Positions 1-14,800 of a DNA stretch of 64,000 bases are shown piece by piece. Source of the stretch: Convolutriloba macropyga (Eukaryota); NCBI RefSeq assembly GCF_964194025.1, contig NC_134471.1, positions 61,318,001 to 61,382,000 of the forward strand, given 5' to 3'. Position 1 is the stretch's first letter. Every line of letters begins with the position of its first letter. The position numbers were made by a program, and so were the translations under genes. Below the pieces are notes generated by a model, which searched no databases, was not told the origin of the DNA, and saw nothing but the letters and a program-made list of their open reading frames with translations.

Positions 1-3000
1 TTGTACAAACAGTAGATCAGCCATTTTGTTAACGTCTATATTTAAATATTAATTTGGAGCGGTTAATGAGATACGCAAAAAACATAAAACACGGAGCTAC
101 TGTACAAACAGCAAACTCTGTAGGAGCTGCAATATGGTTCCAACCATAGACCAGCCAGTTTTTTTAATGATCCGTTTAGAATCTTTTGTGCAATTTGTTG
201 AGGGGCAAATATGAATGTATGTAATCCTTCGATAGCAGTTCTTTTTAGAAAACAGAAGTTATTAGGTAAAAAATTATGCAATTTAAGGAAACTCGTTTTT
301 GTATCAGGCTATTAATTCAGCTCGAAATTTTGACTATTGTTCAATTTTCGCATATTTTTTGAGACAATATACATAATAAGGAATCTGCTGTACAAACAGC
401 AAGTTTTCATGAAGCTGATTTGTTGTACAAACATTCGATTAGCCATTTTGTTGACATCTATACTTAAATATTAATTTGGAGCGGTTAATAAGATACGCAA
501 AAAAATAAAACCCAGAGCTACTGTACAAACAGCAAACTCTGTAGGAGCTGTAATATGGTACAAACCATAGACCAGCCAGTTATTTTATTGATCAGTTGAG
601 AAATTTTTGTACAATTTGTTGAGGGGCAAATATAAATGTATGTAAAACTTCGATAGCAATTTTTCATAGAAAAAATAATTTATTAGGTAAAAAATTATGC
701 AATTAAACGAAACTGGTTATTGGTACAGGCTATTAATTCAGCTCAAAATTTTATGTATTTTTGAACTCTCGCATAAATTTTGAGGCAATATACATAATAA
801 GAAATCTACTGTACAAACAGCAAGTTTTTATGGAGCTGATTTGTTGTACAAACATTCGATCAGCCATTTTGTTGACATCTATACTTAAATATTAATTTGG
901 AGCGGTTAATAAGATACGCAAAAAAATAAAACCCAGAGCTACTGTACAAACAGCAAACTCTGTAGGAGCTGTAATATGGTACAAACCATAGACCAACCAG
1001 TTATTTTATTGATCAGTTGAGAAATTTTTGTACAATTTGTTGAGGGGCAAATATAAATGTATGTAAAACTTCGATAGCAATTTTTCATAGAAAACATAAT
1101 TTATTAGGTAAAAAATTATGTAATTAAACGAAACTGGTTATTGGTACAGGCTATTAATTCAGCACAAAATTTTGAGTATTGTTGAACTCTCGCATAAATT
1201 TTGAGACAATATACATAATAAGAAATCTGCTGTACAAACAGCAAGTTGTCATGGAGCTGATTTGTTGTACAAACACTCGATCAGCCATTTTGTTGACATC
1301 TATACTTAAATATTAATTTGGAGCGGTTAATAAGATACGCAAAAAAAAACCCAGAGCTACTGTACAAACAGCAAACTCTATAGGAGCTGTAATATGGTAC
1401 AAACCATAGATCAGCCAGTTATTTTATTGATCAGTTGAGAAATTTTTGTACAATTTGTTGAGGGGCAAATATAAATGTGTGTAAAATTTCGATAGCAATT
1501 TTTCATAGAAAACATAATTTATTAGGTAAAAAATTTTGCAATTAAACGCAACTGGTTATTGGTACAGGCTAATAATTCAGCTCGAAATTTTGAGTTTTGT
1601 TGAACTCTCGCATAATTTTTGAGACAATATATATAATAAGAAATCTGCTGTACAAACAGCAAGTTTTCGTGGAGCTGATTTGTTGTACAAACATTCGATC
1701 AGCCAGTTTGTTAACGTCTATACCTAAATACTAATTTGGAGTGGTTAATGAGATACGCAAAAAACGTAAAACCCAGAGCTACTGTACAAACAGCAAACTC
1801 TATAGGAGCTGCAATAAGGTACAAACCATAGACCAGTCAGTTATTTTAATGATCAGTTGGGAATATTTTGTGCAATTCGTTGAGGGGCAAATATAAATGT
1901 ATGTAAACCTTCGATAGCAATTCCTTTTAGAAAACATAAGTTATTAAGTAAAAAATAATGCAACTAAACGAAACTGGTGATTGGTCAGGCTATTAATTCA
2001 GCTCGAAATTGTGACTATTGTTCAACTCTCGCATAACTTTTGAGACAAAATACATAATAGGAAATCTGCTGTACATACAGCAAATTTTCATGGAGCATAT
2101 TTGTTGTACAAACAGTAGATCAGCCATTTTGTTAACGTCTATATTTAAATATTAATTTGGAGCGGTTAATGAGATACGCAAAAAACATAAAACATGGAGC
2201 TACTGTACAAACAGCAAACTCTGTAGGAGCTGCAATATGGTTCCAACCATAGACCAGCCAGTTTTTTTAATGATCCGTTTAGAATCTTTTGTGCAATTTG
2301 TTGAGGGGCAAATATGAATGTATGTAATCCTTCGATAGCAGCTCTTTTTAGAAAACAGAAGTTATTAGGTAAAAAATTATGCAATTTAACGAAACTCGTT
2401 TTTGTATCAGGCTATTAATTCAGCTCGAAATTTTGACTATTGTTCAATTTTCGCATAATTTTTGAGACAATATACATAATAAGAAATCTGCTGTACAAAC
2501 AGCAAGTTTTCATCGAGCTGATTTATTCTACAAACATTCGATTAGCCATTTTGTTGACATCTATACTTAAATATTAATTTGGAGCGGTTAATAAGATACG
2601 CAAAAAAAAATAAAACCCAGAGCTACTGTACAAACAGCAAACTCTGTAGGAGCTGTAATATGGTACAAACCATAGATCAGCCAGTTATTTTAGTAATTAG
2701 TTCAGAATTCTTTATGCAATTCGTTGAGGGGCAAATATAAATGTATGTAAACCTTCGATAGCAATTCATTCTAGAAAACATAAGTTATTAGGTAAAAAGT
2801 TATGCAATTTAACGAAACTGGTTTTTGTATCAGGCTATTAATTGAGAGAATATACATAATAAGAAATCTACTCTACAAACAACAAGTTTTCATGGAGCTA
2901 TTTTATTAAACAAACAGTCGATCAGCCATTTTGTTAACGTCTTTACTTAAATATTAATTTGGAGTGGTTAATGAGATACGCAAAAAAACATAAAACCCAG

Positions 3001-6000
3001 AGCTACTGTACAAACAGCAAAATCTGTAGGAGCTGTAATATGGTACAAACCATAGATCAGCCAGTTATTTTAATGATCAGTTGAGAATTATTTGTAGAAT
3101 TCGTTGAGGGGCAAATAAAAATGTATGTAAACCTTCGATAGCAATTCTTTCTAGAAAACATAAGTTATTAGGTAAAATATTATGCAATTAAACGAAACTG
3201 GTTATTGGTCAGGCTATTAATTCAGCTAGAAAGTTTGACTATTGTTCAACTCTCGCATGACCTTTGAGACAATATACATAATAAGAAATTTGCTATAGAA
3301 ACAGCAAGTTTTCATGGAGCTGATTTGTTGTACAAACAGTAGATCAGCCATTTTGCTAACGTCTATACTTAAATAATAAATTGGTGCGGTTAATGAGATA
3401 CGCAAAAAAGACATAAAACTCAGAGCTACTATACAAACAGCAAACTATGTAGGAGCTGCAATTTGGTACAAACCAAAGACCAGCCAGTTATTTTAATGAT
3501 CAGTTGAGAGTCCTTTGTGCAATTTGTTGAGGTGCAAATATAAATGTATGTAAAACATCGATGGCAATTGTTTTTAGAAAACATAATTTATTAGGTAAAA
3601 AATTATGCAATTAAGCGAAACTGTTTATTGGTACAGGCTATTAATTCAACTCAAAATTTTGACTATTGTTCAACTCTCGCATAACTTTTGAGACAATATA
3701 CATAATAAGAAATCTGCTGTAGAAACAGCAAGTTTTCATGGAGCATATTTGTTGTACAAACAGTAGATCAGCCATTTTGTTAACGTCTATACTTAAATAA
3801 TAAATTGGAGCGGTTAATGAGATACGCGAAAAAGACATAAAACTCAGAGCTACTATGCAAACAGCAAACTATGTAGGAGCTGCAATATGGTACAAACCAA
3901 AGACCAGCCAGTTATTTTATTGATCAGTTGAGAATTTCTAGTACAATTTGTTGAGAGGCAAATATAAATGTATGTAAACCTTCGATAGCAATTCATTCTA
4001 GAAAACATAAGTTATTAGGTAAAAAATTATGCAATTAAACGAAACTGTTTATTGGTACAGGCTATGAATTCAGCTCGAAATTTTGACTATTGTTCAACTC
4101 TGGCATAACATTTGAGACAATATATATAATAAGAAATCTGCTGTACAAACAGCAAGTTTTCATGGAGCATATTTGTTGTACAAACAATAGATCAGCCTTT
4201 TTGTTAATGTCTATACTTAAATATTAATTTGGAGCGGTTAATGAGATACGCAAAATAAATATTAAACCCAGAGCTACTGTACAAACAGCAAACTCTGTAG
4301 GAGCTGCAATATGGTGCAAACCAAAGACCAGCCAATTATTTTAATGATCAGTTGAGAATCCTTTGTGCAATTTGTTGAGGGGCAAATATAAATGTATGTA
4401 AACCTTCGATAGCAATTCATTCTAGAAAACATAATTTATTAGGTAAAAAGTTATGCAATTTAACGAAACTGGTTTTTGTATCAGGCTATTAATTGAGAGA
4501 ATATACATAATAATAAATCTACTCTACAAACAACAAGTTTTCATGGAGCTATTTTATTAAACAAACAGTCGATCAGCCATTTTGTTAACGTCTTTACTTA
4601 AATATTAATTTGGAGTGGTTAATGAGATACGCAAAAAAACATAAAACCCAGAGCTACTGTACAAACAGCAAAATCTGTAGGAGCTGTAATATGGTACAAA
4701 CCATAGATCAGCCAGTTATTTTAATGATCAGTTGAGAATTATTTGTAGAATTCGTTGAGGGGCAAATAAAAATTTATGGAAACCTTCGATAGCAATTCTT
4801 TCTAGAAAACATAAGTTATTAGGTAAAATATTATGCAATTAAACGAAACTGGTTATTGGTCAGGCTATTAATTCAGCTCGAAAGTTTGACTATTGTTCAA
4901 CTCTCGCATGACCTTTGAGACAATATACATAATAAGAAATCTGCTATAGAAACAGCAAGTTTTCATGGAGCTGATTTGTTGTACAAACAGTAGATCAGCC
5001 ATTTTGCTAACGTCTATACTTAAATAATAAATTGGAGCGGTTAATGAGATACGCAAAAAAGACATAAAACTCAGAGCTACTATACAAACAGCAAACTATG
5101 TAGGAGCTGCAATTTGGTACAAACCAAAGACCAGCCAGTTATTTTAATGATCAGTTGAGAGTCCTTTGTGCAATTTGTTGAGGTGCAAATATAAATGTAT
5201 GTTAAACATCGATGGCAATTGTTTTTAGAAAACATAATTTATTAGGTAAAAAATTATGCAATTAAGCGAAACTGTTTATTGGTACAGGCTATTAATTCAG
5301 CTCAAAATTTTGACTATTGTTCAACTCTCGCATAACTTTTGAGACAATATACATAATAAGAAATCTGCTGTAGAAACAGCAAGTTTTCATGGAGCATATT
5401 TGTTGTACAAACAGTAGATCAGCCATTTTGTTAACGTCTATACTTAAATAATAAATTGGAGCGGTTAAGGAGATACGCAAAAAAGACATAAAACTCAGAG
5501 CTACTATGCAAACAGCAAACTATGTAGGAGCTGCAATATGGTACAAACCAAAGACCAGCCAGTTATTTTATTGATCAGTTGAGAATTTCTAGTACAATTT
5601 GTTGAGAGGCAAATATAAATGTATGTAAACCTTCGATAGCAATTTTTCCTAGAAAACATAATTTATTAGGTAAAAAATTATGCAATTAAACGAAACTGTT
5701 TATTGGTACAGGCTATTAATTCAGCTAGAAATTTTGACTATTGTTCAACTCTCGCATAACTTTTGAGACAATATACATAATAAAAAATCTGCTGTAGAAA
5801 CATCAAGTTTCCATGGAGCATATTTGATGTACAAGCAGTAGACCAGCCATTTTGTTAACGTCTATAGTTAAATATTAATTTGGACTGGTTAATGAGATAC
5901 GCAAAAAAAACATAAAACACGGAGCTACTGTACAAACAGCAAACTCTGTAGGAGCTGCAATATGGTACAAACCAAAGACCAGCCAGTTGTTGAGAATCCT

Positions 6001-9000
6001 TTGTGCAATTCGTTGGGGGGAAAATATAAATGTATGTAAACCATCGATAGCAATTTTTCATAGAAAACATAATTTATTAGGTAAAAAATTATGCAATTAA
6101 ACGAAACTGTTTATTGGTACAGGCTATTAATTCAGCTCGAAATTTTGACTATTGTTCAACTCTCGCATAACTTTTGAGACAATTTACATAATAAGAAATC
6201 TGCTGTAGAAACAGCAAGATTTCATGGAGCATATTTGTTGTACAAACAGTAGATCAGCCATTTTGTTAACGTCTATAGTTAAATATTAATTTGGAGCGGT
6301 TAATGAGATACGCAAAAAAACATAAAACACGGGGCTACTGTACAAACAGCAAACTCTGTAGGAGCTGCAATATGGTACAAACCAAAGACCAGCCAGTTGT
6401 TGAGAATCCTTTGTGCAATTCGTTGGGGGGCAAATATAAATGTATGTAAACCATCGATAGCAATTCCTTTTAGAAAACATAAGTTATTAGGTAAAAATTT
6501 ATGCAATTAAACGAAACTGGTTATTGGTACAGGCTATTAATTCAGCTCGAAATTTTGACTATGGTTCAACTCTCGCATAACTTTTGAGACAATATGCATA
6601 ATACAAAATCTGCTGTACAAACAGCAAGTTTTCATGGAGCTGCTTTGTTGTACAAACAGTCGATCAGCCATTTTGTTAACTTCTATACTCAAATGTTAGT
6701 TTGGAGCGGTTAATGAGATACGCAAAAAAACATAAAACCCAGAGCTACTGTACAAACAGCAAACTCTATAGGAGCTGTAATATGATACAAACCATTTTAT
6801 TGATCAGTTGAGAATTTTTTGTACAATTTGTTGAGGGGCAAATATAAATGTATGTAAACCTTCGATAGCAATTTTTCCTAGAAAATATGAGTTATTAGGT
6901 AAAAAATTATGAAATTAAACGAAACTGTTTATTGGTACAGGCTATTAATTCAGCTCGAAATTTTGACTATTGTTCAACTCTGGCATAACATTTGAGACAA
7001 TATATATAATAAGAAATCTGCTGTACAAACAGCAAGTTTTCATGGAGCATATTTGTTGTACAAACAATAGATCAGCCTTTTTGTTAAAGTCTATACTTAA
7101 ATATTAATTTGGAGCGGTTAATTAGATACGCAAAAAAAATATTAAACCCAGAGCTACTGTACAAACAGCAAACTCTGTAGGAGCTGCAATATGGTGCAAA
7201 CCAAAGACCAGCCAATTATTTTAATGATCAGTTGAGAATCCTTTGTGCAATTTGTTGAGGGGCAAATATAAATGTATGTAAAACATCGATAGCAATTCCT
7301 TTTCGAAAACATAAGTTATCAGGTAAAAATTATGCAATTAAACGAAACTGTTTATTGGTCAGGCTATTAGTTCAGCTCAAAATTTTGACTATTGTTCAAC
7401 TCTCGCATAACTTTTGAGACATTATACATAATAATAAATCTGCTGTACAAACAGCAAGTTTTCATGGAGCATATTTGTTGTACAAACAGTAGATCAGCCT
7501 TTTTGTTAAAGTCTATACTTAAATATTAATTTGGAGCGGTTAATGAGATACGCAAAAAAATATTAAAATCAGAGCTACTGTACAAACAGTAAACTCTGTA
7601 GGAGCTGCAATATGGTGCAAACCAAAGACCAGCCAGTTATTTTAATGATCAGTTGAGAATCCTTTGTGCAATTTGTTGAGGGGCAAATATAAATGTATGT
7701 AAAACATCGATAGCAATTCCTTTTCGAAAACATAAGTTATCAGGTATAAAATTATGCAATTAAACGAAACTGTTTATTGGTCAGGCTATTAGTTCAGCTC
7801 AAAATTTTGACTATTGTTCAACTCTCGCATAACTTTTGAGACAATATACATAAATAAGAAGTCTGCTGTACAGACAGCAAGTTTTCATGGAGCTGATTTG
7901 TTGTACAAACTGTAGATCAGACATTTTGTTAACGTCTATAATTAAATATTAGTTTGGAGCTGTTAAAAAGATACGCAAAGAAAATATAATAAAACACATA
8001 GCTGCTGTACAAACAGCAAACTCTGTAGGAGCTCTAATATGGTACAAACCATAGACCAGCCAGTTATTTTAATAATGAGTTGAGAATCTTTTGTACAAAT
8101 TGTTGAGGTGCGAATATAAATGTATGTAAACCTTTGATAGCAATTCTTTCTAGAAAACATAAGTTATAAGGTAAAATAATATGCAATTAAACGAAACTGG
8201 TTGTTGGTACAGGCTATTAATTCAGCTCGAAATTTTGACTTTTCTTCAACTCTTGCATAACTTTTGAGACAATATACATAATGAGAAATCTACTGTACGA
8301 ACAGCAAATTTTCATGGAGCATATTTGTTGTACAAACAATAGATGAGCCTTTTTGTTAAAGTCTATACTTAAATGTTAATTCGGAGAGGTTAATTAGATA
8401 CGCAAAAAAACATAAAACACGGAGCTATTGTAAAAACAGCAAACTCTCTAGGAGCTGCAATATGGTTCAAAACATAGACCAGCCAGTTGTTTTAATGATC
8501 AGTTGAGAATCTTTTGTGCAATTTGTTGAGGGGCATATATAAATGTATGTAAACCTTCGATAGCAATTCATTCTAGAAAACATAATTTATTAGGTAAAAA
8601 GTTATGCAATTAAACGAAACTGTTTATTGGTACAGGCTATTAATTCAGCTCGAGATATAGACTATTGTTTAACTCTCGCATAAATTTGAGACAATATACA
8701 TAATAAGAAATCTGCTGTACAAACAGCAAGTTTTCATGGAGCATATTTGTTGTACAAACAGTAGATCAGCCATTTTTTGTTAACGTCTATAGTTAAATAT
8801 TAATTTGGAGCAGTTAATGAGGTACGCAAAAAAACACAAAACCCAGAGCTACTGTACAAACAGCAAACTCTGTAGGAGCTGCAATATGGTACAAACCAAA
8901 GACCAGCCAGTTATTTTAATGATCAGTTGAGAATCCTTTCTGCAATTCGTTGAGGGGCAAATATAAATGTATGTAAACCATCGATAGCAATTCCTTTTAG

Positions 9001-12000
9001 AAAACATAAGTTATTAGGGAAAAAATTATGCAATTAAACGAAACTGTTTATTGGTACAGGCTATAAATTCAGCTCAAAATTTTGACTATTGCTCAGCTCT
9101 CGCATAAATTTTGAGACAATATACATAATAGGAAATCTGCTGTACAAACAGCAAGTTTTCATGGAGAATATTTGTTGTACAAACTGTAGATCAGCCATTT
9201 TGTTAACATCTATAGTTAAATATTAATTTGGAGCGGTTATTGAGATACGCAAAAAAAAACATAAAACATGGAGCTACTGTAGATACAGCAAACTCTGTAG
9301 GAGCAGCAATATGGTTCAAACCATAGACCAGCATTATTTTAATGATCAGTTGAGAATCTTTTGTGTAATTTGTTGAGAGGCAAATATAAATGTATGTAAA
9401 CCATCGATAGCAATTCCTTTTAGAAAACATAAGTTATTAGGTAAAAAATTATGCTATTAAACGAAACTGTTTATTGGTACGGCCTATTAATTCAGCTCGG
9501 AATTTTGGGTATTATTCAACTCTCGCATAACTTTTGAGACAATATACATAATAATTAATCTGCTGTACAAACAGTAAGTTTTCATAGAGCATATTTGTTG
9601 TGCAAACAGTAGATCAGTCATTTTGTTAACGTCTATATTTAAATATTAATTTGGAGCGGTTAATGAGATACGCAAAAAAACATAAAACACAGAGCTACTG
9701 TACAAACAGAAAACTCTGTAGGAGCTGCATCATGGTACAAGCCATAGACCAGCCAGTTATTTTAATAATCAGTTGAGAATCGTTTGTGCAATTCGTTGAG
9801 GGGCAAAAATAAATGTATGTAAACCTTCGATAGCAATTCTTTATAGAAAACAAAAGTTATAAGGTAAAAAATTGTGCAATTAAACGAAACTGGTTACTGG
9901 TACAGGCTATAAATTCAGCTCAAAATTTTGACTATTGCTCAGCTCTCGCATAACTTTTGAGACAATATACATAATACGAAATCTGCTGTACAAACAGCAA
10001 CTTTTCGTGGAGCTGCTTTGTTGTACAAACAGTCGATCAGCCATTTTGTTAACGTCTATTGTTAAATAATAATTTGGAGTGGTTAATGAAATACGCAAAA
10101 AAACATAAAATCCAGAGCCACTGTACAAACAGCAAACTCTGTAGGAGCTGCAATATGGTACAAAACAAAGACCAGCCCATTATTTTAATGATCAGTTGAG
10201 AATCCTTTGTGCAATTCGTTGAAGGGCAAATATAAATGTATCTAAACCATCGATAGCAATTCCTTATAGAAAACAACTTATTAGGTAAAAAATTTTGCAA
10301 TTAAACGAAACTGGCTACTAGTACAAGCTATTAATTCAGCTCGAAATTTTGACTATTCTTCAACTCTCGAATAACTTTGGGACAATATACATAATACGAA
10401 ATCTGCTGTACAAACAGCAACTTTTCGTGGAGCTGCTTTGTTGTACAAACAGTCGATCAGCCATTTTGTTAACGTCTACAATTAAATATTAATTTGGAGC
10501 GGTTAATGAGATACGCAAAAAAAACATAAAACCCAGTGCTACTGTACAAACAGCAAACGCTGTAGGAGCTGTAATATGGTACAAACCATAGATCAGCCAG
10601 TTATTTTAATGATCATTTGAGAATTTGTTGTACAATTCGTTGAGGGGCAAATATAAATGTATGTAAACCTTCGATAGCAATTCTTTCTAGAAAACATAAG
10701 TTATTGGGTAAAATACTATGCAATTAAACGAAACTGGTTATTGGTCAGGCTATTATTTCAGCTCGAAATTCTGAATATTGTTCAACTCTCGCATAACTTT
10801 TGAGACAATATACACAATAGAAAATCTGCTGTACAAACAGCAATTTTTCATCGAGCTGATTTATTCTACAAACAGTCGATCAGCCATTTTGTTAACGTCT
10901 ATACTTAAATATTAATTTGGAGTGGTTAAGGAGATACGCAAAAAACATAAAGCCCAGAGCTACTGTACAAACAGCAAACACTGTAGGAGCTGCAATATGG
11001 TACAAACCATAGACCAGTCAGTTATCTTAATGATCAGTTGAGGATCCTTTGTGCAATTTGTTGAGGGGCAAATATAAATGTATGTAAACCATCGATAGCA
11101 ATTGCTTTTAGAAAACATAAGTTATTAGGTAAAAATTTATGCACTTAAACAAAACTGGTTATTGGTACAGGCTATTAATTCAGCTCGAAATTTTGACTAT
11201 TGTTCAACTCTCGCATAACTTTTGAGACAATACACATAATAAAAAATCTGCTGTGCAATCAGCAATTTTTCATCGAGCTGATTTGTTGTACAAACAGTCG
11301 ATCAGCCATTTTGTTAACGTCTTTACTTAAATAATAATTTGGAGCGGTTAATGAGATACGCAAAAAAACATAAAACCCAGAGCTACTGTACAAACAGCAA
11401 ACTCTGTAGGAGCTGCAATATGGTACAAACCATAGACCAGCCAGTTATTTTAATGATTAGTTGGGAATCTTTTGTGCAATTCGTTGAGGGGCAAATATAA
11501 ATGTATGTAAACCTACAATAGCAATTCTTTTTAGAAAACATAAGTTATTAGGTGAAAAATTATGCAATTAAACGAAACTGGTTATTGGTACAGGCTATTA
11601 ATTCAGCTCGAAATGTTGACTATTGTTCAACTCTCGCAAATCTTTTGAGACAATATACATAAAAAGAAATCTGTTGTACAAACAGCAATTTTTCATCGAG
11701 CTGATTTGTTGTACAAACAGTCGATCAGCCATTTTGTTAACGTCTATACTTAAATATTAATTTGGAGCGGTTAATGAGATACGCAAAAAAAAACATAAAA
11801 CCCAGAGCTACTGTACAAACAGCAAACTCTGTAGGAGCTGTAATATGGTACAAACCATAGACCAGCCAGTTATTTTAATGATCAGTTGAGAATCTTTTGT
11901 GCAATTCGTTGAGGGGCAAATATAAATGTATGTAAACCAACGATAGCAATTCTTTTTAGAAAACATAATTTATTAGGTAAAAAATTATGCAATTAAACGA

Positions 12001-12820
12001 ATCTGCTTATTGGTACACGCTATTAATTCAGCTCAAAATTTTGACTATTGTTCAACTCTCGCATAACTTTTGAGACAATATACATAATAAGAAATCTGCA
12101 GTACAAACAGCAAGTTTTCATGGAGCATATTAGTTGTAGAAACAGTAGATCAGCCATTTTGTTAACGTCTATACTTAAAAATTAATTTGGAGTGGTCAAT
12201 GAGACATGCAAAGAAAACATAAAACACAGAGCTGCTGTACAAACAGCAAACTCGGTAAAAGCTGTAATATGGTACAAACCATAGATCAGCCAGTTATTTT
12301 AATGATCAGTTGAGAATCTTTTGTACAATTCGTTGAGGGGCAAATATAAATGTATGTAAACCTTCGATAGCAATTCTTTCTAGAAAATATAAGTTATTAG
12401 GTAAAACACTATGCAATTAAATGAAACTGGTTATTGGTACAGGCTATTGATTCAACTTGAAATTTTGACTTTTATTCAACTCTCACATAATTTTTGAGAC
12501 AATATACATAAATAAGAAATCTGCTGTACAAACAACAACTTTTCATGGAGCAGATTTGTGGTACAAACAGTAGATCAGGCTTTTTATTAACGTCTATGCT
12601 TAAATATTATTTTGGAGCGGTTAATGAGATATGCAAATTAAGAAAAAAACACAGAGCTGCTGTAGAAACAGCGAACTCTGTAGGAGCTGTAATATGATAC
12701 AAGACATAGACTAGCCAGTTATTTTAATGATCAGTTGAAAATCTTTTGTACCATTCGTTTAGGGGCAAATATAATTGTATGTAAACCTTCGATAGCAATT
12801 CTTTTTAGAAAACATAAATA
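1..12820. repeat. Satellite DNA array, ~421-424 bp monomer, ~30 copies, extends beyond window start
   Basis: Motif GGCTATTAATTCAGCTC recurs about every 420 bp (~308, ~729, ~1150 ... ~12442); monomers are clearly related but not identical; array ends abruptly near 12820. Confidence 0.97.
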
Positions 12821-12984
12821 AATGCTACTATTGTGTCCACTAACTTATATAACCCGTTGCTGTTGTTGTTGAACGTTGAAAAAAACAACAACCTCGGTAA
12901 TTTTCTTCATCATCATAAATAAATAAAAACTGCAGAAAAATTTGTGTTTCAAAGAAAAATTTTTGTTTTATTAAAGATTTCACA

Positions 12985-14800
12985 ATGCACTCGCAGCACC
13001 AGGCAGATCAACAACCCCAGACAGTTATACGAAAACGAAGACTTGCAGAGTGCAATGCGCAAAACCTTGAGCTCAACTTATCTCCTTCTACTTTGATGAC
13101 TGCAAACCGTCAACATTGAAAATTCTGTCCGACCAAATTCTGATTCCTTTAGAAGATAGGGGTTCATTGAAGGTTTCTATTTTTGTCTTCTTTTCCGTCA
13201 TCTAATGTTTTCGCCAAGTTCTCTTTCCAGGTTGAGCAGATCCAACAAAGAACGATGGGAAAATTTTCACCCCAAAAATTAAAGCAATTGGTCCAAAGGA
13301 AGTTGTTAATGAGCATCTGGCAGAACTGTCTGCAGTCTTTCATGGTTTGAAAATGGGGGATGAACCAGATATTGACTTTCCAACAATTGACGTCCAACAC
13401 AGATCAAGACTAAGCACAAGCGCTTGTAATAAGGAAAATACAGATAATGGCAATGCGGCTGTTTATACTCAGCTTTTGCCGCCGCAGCCTGATTTTTCAG
13501 AAGAAGTGGCTTTAAACCAGCAACAGAAATTTAAAAAGACAACACGTTGCACTTACTTTTCAGTTCTCACTTTTTTTAAATTCAGGAGAAGATAGTAAAC
13601 GACATAATTGATATCTTCAATGAAAATGAAAACATGGAAATAACACTTCCTCACCTTGATCCCATAACAGACAATCATCAACCTACTCTTTCAAAAAAAC
13701 GAAAAACTGCATTGTTTCATCCTACTGACGTAATGAAGTCGAACAAGCCTGCCAATGTGTCGAAAATTAGCAAGAGCTCAAAGACTCCAACGACATCTGT
13801 TAATTTGAACAACAACCAAGCCACATCGACACCTCTTCCGGTTTGTTTGTAAGGAAAATGATAAAAAAAGGACTCCTAAGTACCAAATTTTTATTTAGAA
13901 CGCTTTGCCTCAAATGGAAGAAGGTTTCTGCAAACTTGGTTCTTTAGTTGAGAATTTGAGTTCTATTACCGAAAAATTGAGCTCTGTAACGGAGAGGCTT
14001 GGGAGCGTAATTGAAAGGTTTGCTGCAGTGACTGAAAGAGCTGACAAAGACTCAGTCGTCTTCGAGGAGACCATCCACAATGCCTTCAACAGACAAGTCA
14101 CAGAAACACAGAGACTGGAACTTTCATTGAAAAAAATTGTAGGTATCAAAATGGAAAACATATTTTTTTAAACAATCGAAGATTTTTGAAAAGATTATAA
14201 AGAATCTATTAAAAAATTTTTAAGATTTTTAAACTAACACGTGAATAATAAAGACAGCACGAGCTGAAGTTGTTGCTAGAAAACCAGTTGCAATTGAGCC
14301 TACCTCAAACGAAAAAGTGATGTATAATGGTGAAGATCTACTTCGTATAAACGCATCAACAACGGCTAAATGCAGACGAAAAATAGCTTTCAAGATGTGG
14401 ACCACCCAAGAGTTAGTTGAGCACATGATATCACCACGAAAGAACCAAGGATCACTAGAGGCCTGCAATCGATGATGTTCGAAAACTTATTTGGGAAGGT
14501 ATAGCATCAAATTTATTGTCAAATTTTGCATTCAGATTATCAAAAGAACTAATATGCATGCTTATGAAAATATAATTACGCCTTAATAAACGTACGTTGC
14601 AATTTTAGAAGCTGTGAAGACAAAATACAAAAAACAACCCTCTCGCGGCCTATGAGGAAGCAAAAGATATTGTTAAAAGAGTGGGCAATAAAAGTTCTGT
14701 GCGCAAGAAAACAAAAGGAATTTAGAAAGAGGCAACTTGAATCAAACAGTCCCATTGCTGATGAAGAAAATGACACAACTGTTTTGCCGTACCAAAACAC
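12985..14800 (+). pseudogene. Degenerate multi-exon BEN-domain gene (N-terminal domain, coiled coil, C-terminal BEN domain)
   Basis: Exon-like blocks separated by short GT..AG introns. Coiled coil LGSLVENLSSITEKLSSVTERLGSVIERF (13905-14140). At 14250-14500 the + strand reads VMYNGEDLLRINASTTAKCRRKIAFKMWTTQELVEHMISPRKNQGS/frameshift/RPAIDDVRKLIWE, then EAVKTKY..AYEEAKDIVKRVGN after an intron; this fits the BEN pattern (F/W-T-x-E-E-L ... K..RPxLD..R). Frameshifts present. Confidence 0.65.

Noticed and set aside
63-10300. Repeated 60-80 aa minus-strand ORFs in the satellite
   Set aside because: They are by-products of the monomer sequence; frames and stops vary between copies with no coding signature.
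1-12820. CRISPR-like array (recurring TGTACAAACAG motif)
   Set aside because: Intervening sequences are homologous rather than unique spacers, there are no cas genes, and the context is eukaryotic.
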